Part shown: positions 22,039-30,357 of the stretch, one piece after another | Layout of the letters: the number at the start of each line of letters is the position of its first letter | Numbering within the stretch: position 1 is the first letter of the stretch | The notes under the pieces: model-generated | Databases searched by the model: none | Seen by the model: only the letters and a program-made list of their open reading frames with translations | What the model was told of the DNA's origin: nothing | Source: a virus | IMG/VR virus record: IMGVR_UViG_3300045988_145590 | Reading direction: 5' to 3' (one strand) | DNA length: 38,758 nt | Program-made: the position numbers and the translations under genes

Positions 22039-22344
22039 ATGAAAAGAAAAGAAGAATTGGTAGGCATTTTTAAAGATGTAGATGAAAACACGCTCAATTT
22101 AATTCTTCCTTTAATTGATGAAGTTGTGTTCATTGAAGAAATGATGCGTGAATTAAAAAAGCTTCCTTTCATTCGAGTTCATCCAAAAAACCCATCTAAA
22201 CAAGAAACAACACCAGCAGGAAAGCAATATAAAGAGTTTTCACAGTCATATATGAACGCAATTCGCATATTATGCTCAATTTTAAATAAAGTTGATAGCA
22301 ACGCAGAAAATGAGTTGTTGAAAAAGTTAGCTGATTTTGAATGA
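22039..22344 (+). CDS. terS: terminase small subunit (P27-family-like)
   Basis: A small protein between the HNH gene and TerL, as in HK97-like cos phages. The stop overlaps the terL start. Confidence 0.6.
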   Translation: MKRKEELVGIFKDVDENTLNLILPLIDEVVFIEEMMRELKKLPFIRVHPKNPSKQETTPAGKQYKEFSQSYMNAIRILCSILNKVDSNAENELLKKLADFE

Positions 22345-23996
22345 AAACATATTTAGAGCAGTATTGGGATCTGATAACTTCTGGGCAGGTTATTGTTGGG
22401 CAGTGGTTACGCATGGAAATGCAGAACCTTATAAATGATCTGAATGATGATAGATATATTTATGACACAACAGAAGCGCATAAGCGCATCAGATTCCAAG
22501 AAAGTTTATGCTTGCAAAGCAAAGCGCCTTTCTACATGAAACCTGTTGTATTGATGCCGTGGCAGAAAGCATGGTGGGAAGCTATTTATAGCTTTAAAAT
22601 GGCAGATACGAAGCAAAGGCGATTTATAGAGGGACTTCTTGAGATAGCACGTAAAAACGGAAAATCAACGATGTTTGCAGCTGATGGAAACACTGATCTA
22701 TTTATTGGACAAGGTGGTGTTTCAATTTGCACCGCATCAAATGACGATAGGCAAGCTAAATTTATCTGGTCAGAAATTGGCGGTATGAGGTCGAGGCTTG
22801 ATCCAAAGAAAACCATCACAAGTCAGAATCTGGTTGAAATCAGAAACAATCTGAAAAACATTGACATTATACGTTTGTCAAGCAAAACGCAGAACATGGA
22901 TGGTTTCAACTTTATAAAAGTGTATCTGGATGAATCACATGATATGGCTGATGATGAAATAGCAGAAGCGTGCTGGCGTGCAATGTCAACGCATGATGAA
23001 CCATTGTTCTTAAATTGTAGTACAAACGGTTTTATCGTTGATGGCTACTTAGATAAAAAGCTGGATTATGCTAAAAAAGTGATTCTAGGTGAAATAGATG
23101 ATATTCATTTTCTTCCATTCCTATATGAGCAAGATTCAGAACAGGAAATATGGACAGATGAAGCGAGTTGGGAAAAATCAAATCCATCAATACGTTATGG
23201 CGTTAAAAAGATAGCTAAATTAAGGCGAGATATAGAAGTTGCAAAGGTTGATAAATCATCACGTATGCATTTATTGACAAAAGACTTCAACATCAAACAG
23301 AACAATGCACAGGCATGGTTAACGCTTGAAGATTATGATTATCCAGTAGAAGTATATAGCCTAGAAGATTTTCGAGGTGCTTATTGTTTGGGGGCGGTTG
23401 ACTTATCCGCCACAACCGACTTGTCAAATGCAAAAATATTGCTGATGAAGCAAGATGATAAAACCAAGTATGTCTATTCGCATTATTGGATACCAGAAAG
23501 CAAATTAGAATCAAGTGATGATAAAGCGGCAGGCGCTAAATATTTGGAATGGGCGAAACAAGGAATATTAACTATACATGACGGAAATGAAATTGATGTA
23601 TCACAAATTGCAGATTGGTTTTATCAACTTTATGCGAATTATGAAATTAAGTTATACAAGTGCGGTTATGACCAGCGCTATGCGAAAACATTCCTAGATA
23701 AAATGGATTTTTACAATTTTGAATGTGAAATGATTTATCAAAATAGAAATGTTATGTCTTCACCTATGAAATTGGTTGAAGCTGATTTGAAAGCACGATA
23801 TATCAACTATAACCGTAATGAAATGGATATGTGGTGTTTAGGCAATGCATCTATGGAAATGGACAATCTAGGGAACGTTATGTGCGTTAAGATAGACAAT
23901 CAAAAATCAAGGCGTATTGATGGCGCTGTAACATTGATTATTTTGTACGAAGTGTTTAGACGATATAGAAATGACTTTATGCTGATGGTGAGGTGA
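22341..23996 (+). CDS. terL: terminase large subunit
   Basis: Walker A-like ARKNGKSTMFAA and Walker B-like KVYLDESHD. Its size and position are typical. Confidence 0.9.
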   Translation: MKTYLEQYWDLITSGQVIVGQWLRMEMQNLINDLNDDRYIYDTTEAHKRIRFQESLCLQSKAPFYMKPVVLMPWQKAWWEAIYSFKMADTKQRRFIEGLLEIARKNGKSTMFAADGNTDLFIGQGGVSICTASNDDRQAKFIWSEIGGMRSRLDPKKTITSQNLVEIRNNLKNIDIIRLSSKTQNMDGFNFIKVYLDESHDMADDEIAEACWRAMSTHDEPLFLNCSTNGFIVDGYLDKKLDYAKKVILGEIDDIHFLPFLYEQDSEQEIWTDEASWEKSNPSIRYGVKKIAKLRRDIEVAKVDKSSRMHLLTKDFNIKQNNAQAWLTLEDYDYPVEVYSLEDFRGAYCLGAVDLSATTDLSNAKILLMKQDDKTKYVYSHYWIPESKLESSDDKAAGAKYLEWAKQGILTIHDGNEIDVSQIADWFYQLYANYEIKLYKCGYDQRYAKTFLDKMDFYNFECEMIYQNRNVMSSPMKLVEADLKARYINYNRNEMDMWCLGNASMEMDNLGNVMCVKIDNQKSRRIDGAVTLIILYEVFRRYRNDFMLMVR

Positions 23997-24000
23997 TAAC

Positions 24001-25236
24001 GTGGGAATTTTCGATTTTATAAATAAATTTAAAAACCATGCTAAAGAAAAAAAATACGCATCTATGTTAAATGGGTATATGCCGATATTTTCACAGTTTG
24101 GTCAAGATATTTATGCAAGTGATGTTGTGCAACAGTCTGTATCTTGTATAGTTACGGAATTGAAGAAATTGCAGCCGCAACACATACGTGTTAACAATGG
24201 GGATCCAATGCCAGTTAATAGCAACATTCAAAGACTTCTTAAATATCCAAATCCGTGGATGACGCAAGCAGATTTTATTGAAAAGATATTCTGGCAATTA
24301 TTCTTGAACTACAATTCATTCGTTATACCAACACACGTATTAAAAATTGATAAAGACGGAAATTCATATAAGGACTATACAGGGTTATATCCAGTACAGC
24401 CGAAGCAAGTTGACTTTCTGCAAGATTTAACAGGTGAATTATTTGTTAAATTTTCATTTGCTAACAATTATGAAACAACGTTGAGATACAGCGATGTAAT
24501 TCATTTACGACATAGATATTCAGTCAATGAATTTATGGGCGGAAATGCATTTGGACAGCCAGACAATAAAGCATTGCTAAAAACACTAGATATAAATAAC
24601 ACATTGATAGAAGGTGTTGCGAAAGCATTAAAAGCATCATTTGCAATAAATGGCGTTGTTAAGTACAACACAATTATTGATGATGGAACGATGAAAGAAA
24701 ACATTGAAGATCTTGAAAAAAAATTAAAATCGAATGATGGCGGCTTATTGCCTTTAGATTTAAAAAATGAATATATTCCTATTGTTAAAAATCCAAAAAT
24801 AGTTGATGCAGAAACGCTAAAATTTATTGATTTAAAAATACTGCGTAATTTTGGTGTATCATTGCCGATTTTAAATGGCGATTATACAAAAGCACAGTAT
24901 GAAGCGTTTTATCAAAAGACATTAGAACCACTTATTATAGTAATTTCACAGGCATTTACGAAAACACTTTTTACAGATAGAGAGAAATCGTTTGGAAATG
25001 AAATTAAGTTTTATCCAGATGAATTAATATTCATGGAAACAGGGCAGAAGATAGAGTTATTTGATAAATTGATAGATTCTGCTTCCTGCTGGAAAAATGA
25101 GTTTAGGACAGCGTTTGGAATGCGACCAGATCCAGCGTTTGTTGGACAGCTTGCAATGTCAAGCAATAAGACAAATGCGGAGAACAACAAGAACGGCAAT
25201 AATAACGATGCTGGAGGTGAAGGAAATGAAAAATAA
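24001..25236 (+). CDS. portal protein (HK97 family-like)
   Basis: 411 aa, located directly between TerL and the prohead protease. Confidence 0.85.
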   Translation: MGIFDFINKFKNHAKEKKYASMLNGYMPIFSQFGQDIYASDVVQQSVSCIVTELKKLQPQHIRVNNGDPMPVNSNIQRLLKYPNPWMTQADFIEKIFWQLFLNYNSFVIPTHVLKIDKDGNSYKDYTGLYPVQPKQVDFLQDLTGELFVKFSFANNYETTLRYSDVIHLRHRYSVNEFMGGNAFGQPDNKALLKTLDINNTLIEGVAKALKASFAINGVVKYNTIIDDGTMKENIEDLEKKLKSNDGGLLPLDLKNEYIPIVKNPKIVDAETLKFIDLKILRNFGVSLPILNGDYTKAQYEAFYQKTLEPLIIVISQAFTKTLFTDREKSFGNEIKFYPDELIFMETGQKIELFDKLIDSASCWKNEFRTAFGMRPDPAFVGQLAMSSNKTNAENNKNGNNNDAGGEGNEK

Positions 25237-25423
25237 TGAAGATAATAATATCAAAATTGGGGTGGAATTTGATGAAGAAAAACTACATGAATTAGTAGAT
25301 TCTTTTGAAACGATAGGGCAAATTTTACCTAATATAACGATTGAAAAATTAAGTATTGAAAACCTTAATATTACTATTTATCCTTCTGAATTATTAAACG
25401 GAGGTGATGAAAATGCCGAATAA
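25226..25423 (+). CDS. hypothetical acidic protein, 65 aa
   Basis: GGAGGTGAAGGAA RBS before ATG 25226. The upstream part of the track ORF overlaps the portal gene and was rejected. Confidence 0.45.
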   Translation: MKNNEDNNIKIGVEFDEEKLHELVDSFETIGQILPNITIEKLSIENLNITIYPSELLNGGDENAE

Positions 25424-26075
25424 ATTTGAAAAGCCAAAAATGAGCGATATATGCACAAGGTCATTTAATAAATATTCTGCTAGAGCAGCAGAGGGCGAAG
25501 ATAATTATGGAATTATCGAAGGTGTACCAATTGTATTTGAACAACCAACAGATATTGGCGGTTGGTTTGAAGAAACTATTGCACGTGGTGCTATAAGTGA
25601 AGATGTATTGAAAGATGTTGCACTATTTTATAACCACGATTTAAACACAAAACCACACGCACGCACACGCAATAAGCGTTTATCGTTTTCTATTGAAAAT
25701 GACGGTGTGCATATGCAGGCAAGCGTAAATCTTGAGAGATCGGACTCAAAAGACTTTTACCTAGCTGTTAGGGATGGCGATATTGATGGCATGTCTTTTA
25801 TGTTCAGAGTTGAATCTGATGAATGGACTGGTTTAGATACAGATTATCCAAAGCGAAGAATTACAAAGATTGGTTATGTACAGGAAGTAAGCGGTGTGAA
25901 TTACCCTGCTTATGAAGGTACTTCTATAAATGCTCGTACCAATTTATCACTGGATAGTGATAAACAGGCGCTGGATAGTGCTAGAGCGACATTGCTGGAT
26001 AGCAATGATGAAAAACGACAACTTGAGATTGAAAAACTCAAAAATGCAAATCGTATGAAATTAGGAGGATATTAA
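25413..26075 (+). CDS. prohead protease (HK97 / S78-like)
   Basis: IIEGVPIVFEQP.., LFYNHD (His) and DGMSFMFRV (Ser) motifs. Start refined behind GGAGG. Confidence 0.85.
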   Translation: MPNKFEKPKMSDICTRSFNKYSARAAEGEDNYGIIEGVPIVFEQPTDIGGWFEETIARGAISEDVLKDVALFYNHDLNTKPHARTRNKRLSFSIENDGVHMQASVNLERSDSKDFYLAVRDGDIDGMSFMFRVESDEWTGLDTDYPKRRITKIGYVQEVSGVNYPAYEGTSINARTNLSLDSDKQALDSARATLLDSNDEKRQLEIEKLKNANRMKLGGY

Positions 26076-26077
26076 AA

Positions 26078-27325
26078 ATGAACAAAGAATGGTTTAAAAT
26101 ATTTATCGAACGTAAAAAAGAAGAATTAAAAACATTGCAGGAACGTTCTGATGCAAGTGAAAGCATTGAAGAAGTGCGTTATATTGGAAAACAGATTGAC
26201 GCTGTAAACGAAGAAATTCGTGATGCACAGGCACAGCTTACTGCATTAGAAGAAGCAGAAGAGCAGCGTGGTGCTGGTTCACCATTAAACGGAAATGGCT
26301 TCAATCCTATGCAGATGGTAGGTGGTGCACCAATGAACCAGCAGCGTGGAAATGAAGAACCAACAGCAACAATTGAATACCGCCAAGCATTTAAGAAGTA
26401 TGTACAGACAGGCGAAATGATTCCATCTGAATTGCGTGCAGCTGCAACATCAACAACCGCTGATATTGGTATGATCATTCCAAAAACTATTATGGATGAA
26501 TTCATCAAAGAGGTTTCAAAAGTTTATGGTCATATCTATGCTAAAGTACGTAAATTGAATGTTAAGGGCGGCGTTGAGTTCCCTATTTCAAAATTGACAG
26601 CTAATTTTAAATGGATTACTGAATCTACTGTATCTGAAAAGCAGAAAGCAGGAGATATTAAAGAAAAAGTGTCATTTAGCTATCACATTGGTGAAATCCG
26701 TGTAGCTGAAACATTACTTGCACAGGTAGTTTCATTAGATGTGTTTGAGTCTGAAATCACTCGTATCATGGTAGAAGCTTATGTTAAGGCAATGGATGTT
26801 GCAATTATTTCTGGTACTGGTTCTGGTCAACCTTTAGGTATTACAGTTGATCCACGTGTTACAAACGTTATTGAATTTACAGAAGAAGAGTTTGGTGATT
26901 GGACAGCATGGCGTAAAAAATTATTTGCAGTTATTCCATTGTCAAAACGTGGGCTTGGTGAGTTCTTATTTCCATCATCAACAGTTGAATCTTATTTAAT
27001 GACGATGAAAGATGCTAATAACCGCCCATTATTCAAAGAAGCAACAGATTTGAACATGGGTAATACAGCAGGTTCTTTCTTTGGTAGAACTACTGATTTA
27101 GTTGAACCAGATATCATCAAAGATTTTGCAACAGCTTCAAACGGTGATGTAGTAGGTGTTATGTGGGTTCCATCAGACTATGCAATTAATACACAGTTAG
27201 AATTTGGTATGAAACGTTATTTCGATGACGATACAAACGAATGGATCAACAAAGGATTGACTATCGTTGATGGTAAAATCCTAGATACATCTGGATGCTA
27301 TTTATTAAAAAAAAAGTCAACCTAA
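26078..27325 (+). CDS. major capsid protein (HK97 fold) with N-terminal delta/scaffold domain
   Basis: 415 aa with a coiled-coil N-terminus, immediately after the protease. Confidence 0.9.
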   Translation: MNKEWFKIFIERKKEELKTLQERSDASESIEEVRYIGKQIDAVNEEIRDAQAQLTALEEAEEQRGAGSPLNGNGFNPMQMVGGAPMNQQRGNEEPTATIEYRQAFKKYVQTGEMIPSELRAAATSTTADIGMIIPKTIMDEFIKEVSKVYGHIYAKVRKLNVKGGVEFPISKLTANFKWITESTVSEKQKAGDIKEKVSFSYHIGEIRVAETLLAQVVSLDVFESEITRIMVEAYVKAMDVAIISGTGSGQPLGITVDPRVTNVIEFTEEEFGDWTAWRKKLFAVIPLSKRGLGEFLFPSSTVESYLMTMKDANNRPLFKEATDLNMGNTAGSFFGRTTDLVEPDIIKDFATASNGDVVGVMWVPSDYAINTQLEFGMKRYFDDDTNEWINKGLTIVDGKILDTSGCYLLKKKST

Positions 27326-27393
27326 ATGTCGCAAAAATTGATGAAGCAAGAATTGATGAGTCAGTATTGGGATAAAAATGGAGGTAAATTATT

Positions 27394-27729
27394 ATGGCAA
27401 AAAAAGAAGCAAAAGCATTAGAAGCTAGTGCTGCAGCACTTGGTGCAGAGCCAAGAGCAGCAAAAACATGGACAAAGGGCGAACTTGTTAGTTCTACAGG
27501 AATGAATGCGCTAGAGCAGAAAGCTGAAAATGCGTTGACAACAGCTAACGATGCTAAAACAAAAGCAGAAGCAGCATGTCCAAAAACACAGGCTGCAACA
27601 AAAACAGCACTAGGATTAGTTAAACAATCTGCATTAGTTCCAGAAGCAGCAGGTGCGCAGGTTACGAAAGAAGAATTCAAAGCGTTGCTAGATGCATTAA
27701 AAGCTGCTGGAATCATGGCAAGCGCATAG
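27394..27729 (+). CDS. Ala-rich head-associated protein (decoration / head-fibre-like)
   Basis: Its position after the capsid gene, plus the C-terminal TKEEFKALLDALKAAGIMA motif. Confidence 0.5.
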   Translation: MAKKEAKALEASAAALGAEPRAAKTWTKGELVSSTGMNALEQKAENALTTANDAKTKAEAACPKTQAATKTALGLVKQSALVPEAAGAQVTKEEFKALLDALKAAGIMASA

Positions 27730-27741
27730 AGGTGATAAACA

Positions 27742-28017
27742 ATGGCAGAAGTAAATCTATTAGAAAAAGTTAAAAACTGGATGGGGTTTAGTGGTAACAA
27801 CTACCAAGACGAACGCCTAAAAAGTTACATTGATGAAATAAAGCAATATCTATTAGATGGTGGGGCATCGCAAGAAATTGTTGATGCGCCAACTTCTGCT
27901 GGTGTTATTGCTAGAGGTGTTAGTGATTTATATTATGAAGGTGCATTATCACCATATTTTAAAGAACGTGCAACGCAGATTTGCTTGAAGAAGGTGAATA
28001 AAGATGTACAAACCTAG
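27742..28017 (+). CDS. head-tail connector (gp6-like)
   Basis: LLEKVKNWMGFSGNNYQDERLKSYIDEIKQYL pattern, size and position. Confidence 0.65.
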   Translation: MAEVNLLEKVKNWMGFSGNNYQDERLKSYIDEIKQYLLDGGASQEIVDAPTSAGVIARGVSDLYYEGALSPYFKERATQICLKKVNKDVQT

Positions 28018-28345
28018 TGCGCCTTTCAATGTTTCTATGATGGTATTAGTTCCAACGTTTGAAAATGTAAATGGTGTGCCAAAAAAAACATATTCAAACG
28101 ATGAGATGATGATTCAAGGCAGTTTTAGAACGTTTGGCGGTACTGAAAAAGTTGTAAATGGTGTTTTAACACTAGAAAATACAGCGGTTGTAGAAACATT
28201 TTTCGATCCAACAATTAAAGCAGATTGCAGAATTAAATTGCTTGATTATGGTGAAGTATATGAAATCATGGGCGAGCCAGAAAACATAGAGTTAAGAAAT
28301 CAGTTTCTAAAATTCAAGGTTAAAAAAATAGGCGGTAAACCATAA
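28004..28345 (+). CDS. head closure / head-tail adaptor protein
   Basis: Size, position and C-terminal pattern (CRIKLLDYGEVYEIMG). Confidence 0.6.
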   Translation: MYKPSAPFNVSMMVLVPTFENVNGVPKKTYSNDEMMIQGSFRTFGGTEKVVNGVLTLENTAVVETFFDPTIKADCRIKLLDYGEVYEIMGEPENIELRNQFLKFKVKKIGGKP

Positions 28346-28758
28346 TGGCTAGAAATAAATTAACAATCAGTTTTGATGGGTTTGAGGAAATCATGGAAAA
28401 GCTGGATCGTGCAACAGCCGACACGAAAGAAGTCACAGAAAGAGCATTACAAAAGTCTTATGATGTGGTTACACCTAACATTGAAAAAGCGATTGCACCG
28501 CATCATTTAACAGGTCAGACAGAGCAATCACTTGCTAAAAGTGAAAAAGTTGAATGGGAAGGCACAAAAGCATATATCAAAGTAGGGTTTAACATCAGTA
28601 AAGGCGGTTTAGCATCTATATTTCTGATGTATGGTACGCCTAGAATGCAGCCAGATAAGAAACTGTATAATTCTATTTATGGTTCATCAACAAAGAAAAA
28701 AGTGAAAAAAGTACAAGAAGAAATATTTCAAGAAGAATTAAGGAAGGTGATGGGATGA
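28345..28758 (+). CDS. HK97 gp10-like tail-joining protein
   Basis: Position, and the motif APHHLTGQTEQSL. Confidence 0.6.
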   Translation: MARNKLTISFDGFEEIMEKLDRATADTKEVTERALQKSYDVVTPNIEKAIAPHHLTGQTEQSLAKSEKVEWEGTKAYIKVGFNISKGGLASIFLMYGTPRMQPDKKLYNSIYGSSTKKKVKKVQEEIFQEELRKVMG

Positions 28759-29099
28759 AAACAGAATTGATTAACTTATTGAAAACGTTTGGCTTTCCTG
28801 TTTATCGTCAAGGTTCAATGAACAGTGAAGAAGATTATCCATCATCTTTCTTTACTTTTTGGAATATTGAAACGCCAGAAGATAAGCACTATAACAACGA
28901 AGCAGCACGTGCAGTGTGGGGCTTCTGGGTATATTTATACAGTGACGATCCATCAATTGTAGATGCAAAACTAGAAGAAGCTAGAAAGCTATTAAAAAGC
29001 AATGATTGGATTGTAGAAGGAAAAGGTGAAGATGTAGCCAGTGATGTAGAAACGCACACAGGGCGCATGTTTACATGTTATAAAATTGAAAATTATTAG
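28755..29099 (+). CDS. tail completion protein (putative)
   Basis: Position immediately upstream of the major tail protein. Confidence 0.5.
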   Translation: MKTELINLLKTFGFPVYRQGSMNSEEDYPSSFFTFWNIETPEDKHYNNEAARAVWGFWVYLYSDDPSIVDAKLEEARKLLKSNDWIVEGKGEDVASDVETHTGRMFTCYKIENY

Positions 29100-29109
29100 G
29101 AGGTAAAAC

Positions 29110-29772
29110 ATGAGTAAAGTAGTAGAGTTCAGAGGTGTTGACAATTTAGTCGCTGCCGAAGTAACAAAAGACGATAACGAATTAGAAGGTGGTTATGAAG
29201 TTGGCGAAGTTTTCAGTGTTGCACCAGTAGCTGAAATTTCAAAAACAACAGAAACATCAAGTGAAACAAAATACTATGATAACTTACCAGCATTAGTTAT
29301 CAATTCAGAGGGTTCAGATGAAATTGGTGTTACTTGTGCCATTCCAGATTTAGCAACTTATGCGAAACTGGTTGGAAAAACGATTGATGAATCCACAGGC
29401 GCAATGATTGATGGTGAACGTGATCCAAAATATTTTGCGTTGGGTTATCGTTTCAAAAAGACAGATGGAACGTATCGTTATGTATGGCGCTTGAAAGGTA
29501 TGTTTGCAATTCCAGATGAATCATCACAGACAGAAACAGATGGAACAGATTCAAACAATATGGAATTGACTTATACAGGAATTTCAACAACGCACAAATT
29601 TACAAAAGGTGGAAAACCAGCAAAAGCAGTTGTTGTTGATGATACAGAAACTTCAAAATGTGATGTATCAACATTCTTTGATACTGTAACTGATCCAGAC
29701 ACATTAAAAGCTAAAGAAATGCTAATAGCTAAAATTGATGAAGGAAAAGTTGACGAATCAGTAGTTGGATAA
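29110..29772 (+). CDS. major tail protein (phi13-family-like)
   Basis: N-terminus VVEFRGVDNLVAAEVTKDD, plus size and position. Confidence 0.8.
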   Translation: MSKVVEFRGVDNLVAAEVTKDDNELEGGYEVGEVFSVAPVAEISKTTETSSETKYYDNLPALVINSEGSDEIGVTCAIPDLATYAKLVGKTIDESTGAMIDGERDPKYFALGYRFKKTDGTYRYVWRLKGMFAIPDESSQTETDGTDSNNMELTYTGISTTHKFTKGGKPAKAVVVDDTETSKCDVSTFFDTVTDPDTLKAKEMLIAKIDEGKVDESVVG

Positions 29773-29791
29773 TTGAAAGGGGCATTGTGAT

Positions 29792-30340
29792 ATGAAATTA
29801 AGATTGCACACGCAATCAAGCGTTTATGAAACTGAAATCAATAAAATAACGTTTGGGCAATGTGAAGATATTCTTGATGCAATAGATATTGATAACATGG
29901 AATTTAAAAATAGTGATGAACTTGAAAAGTGTATCAAGTCAACATTAAAAGAACGAATTTCTAAAATTCATCCAGTTATCACTTCTATATTTTGCATTCC
30001 AGATGAAGAATTTGCATCTTTAAAAATAGATGAATTGGTTGAGGTATTAACATTTATCACATCATACGCACTTAATGAATTATCACAATGTGCTTCTAAT
30101 AGTAATGCAAAAAAGGGGGGCAATATTGCTTCCCTTTATCAAATTCTATTTGATTTACAGATAACGCTATGTGATAAGTTTAAAGGCTTAAATCCTTTCA
30201 TTTTAAGGCATGAAACAATGCAAGAGGTATTTTTACTAATGAAAAGGTTAAACAGCGCTCAAACGCAAAGCAATGAGCCTATACAGCGTTTGAATGGTGA
30301 TGTTATACGCAGACCAGCAACAGATGATAGCTGGTTTTAA
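29792..30340 (+). CDS. tail assembly chaperone (G/GT-type region read as one 182-aa ORF)
   Basis: Position between the major tail protein and the tape measure. It contains an A_AAA_AAG slippery heptamer. Confidence 0.7.
   Translation: MKLRLHTQSSVYETEINKITFGQCEDILDAIDIDNMEFKNSDELEKCIKSTLKERISKIHPVITSIFCIPDEEFASLKIDELVEVLTFITSYALNELSQCASNSNAKKGGNIASLYQILFDLQITLCDKFKGLNPFILRHETMQEVFLLMKRLNSAQTQSNEPIQRLNGDVIRRPATDDSWF
30109..30115 (+). promoter_or_regulatory. A_AAA_AAG -1 slippery heptamer followed by a G6 run
   Basis: In-frame codons are GCA AAA AAG GGG GGC. The -1 frame stops at 30151-30153 and the +1 frame stops at 30162-30164. Confidence 0.5.
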
Positions 30341-30357
30341 TAAAGGAGGTGAATATA

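Noticed and set aside
25097-25225. The upstream part of the 108-aa track ORF, which overlaps the portal gene out of frame.
   Set aside because: The convincing RBS (GGAGGTGAAGGAA) precedes the internal ATG at 25226. The upstream part is nested in the portal CDS.
27261-27800. A 179-aa minus-strand ORF spanning the capsid gene end and the Ala-rich gene.
   Set aside because: It is antisense to GC-skewed, Ala-rich coding sequence. It crosses an intergenic RBS region and has no RBS of its own.
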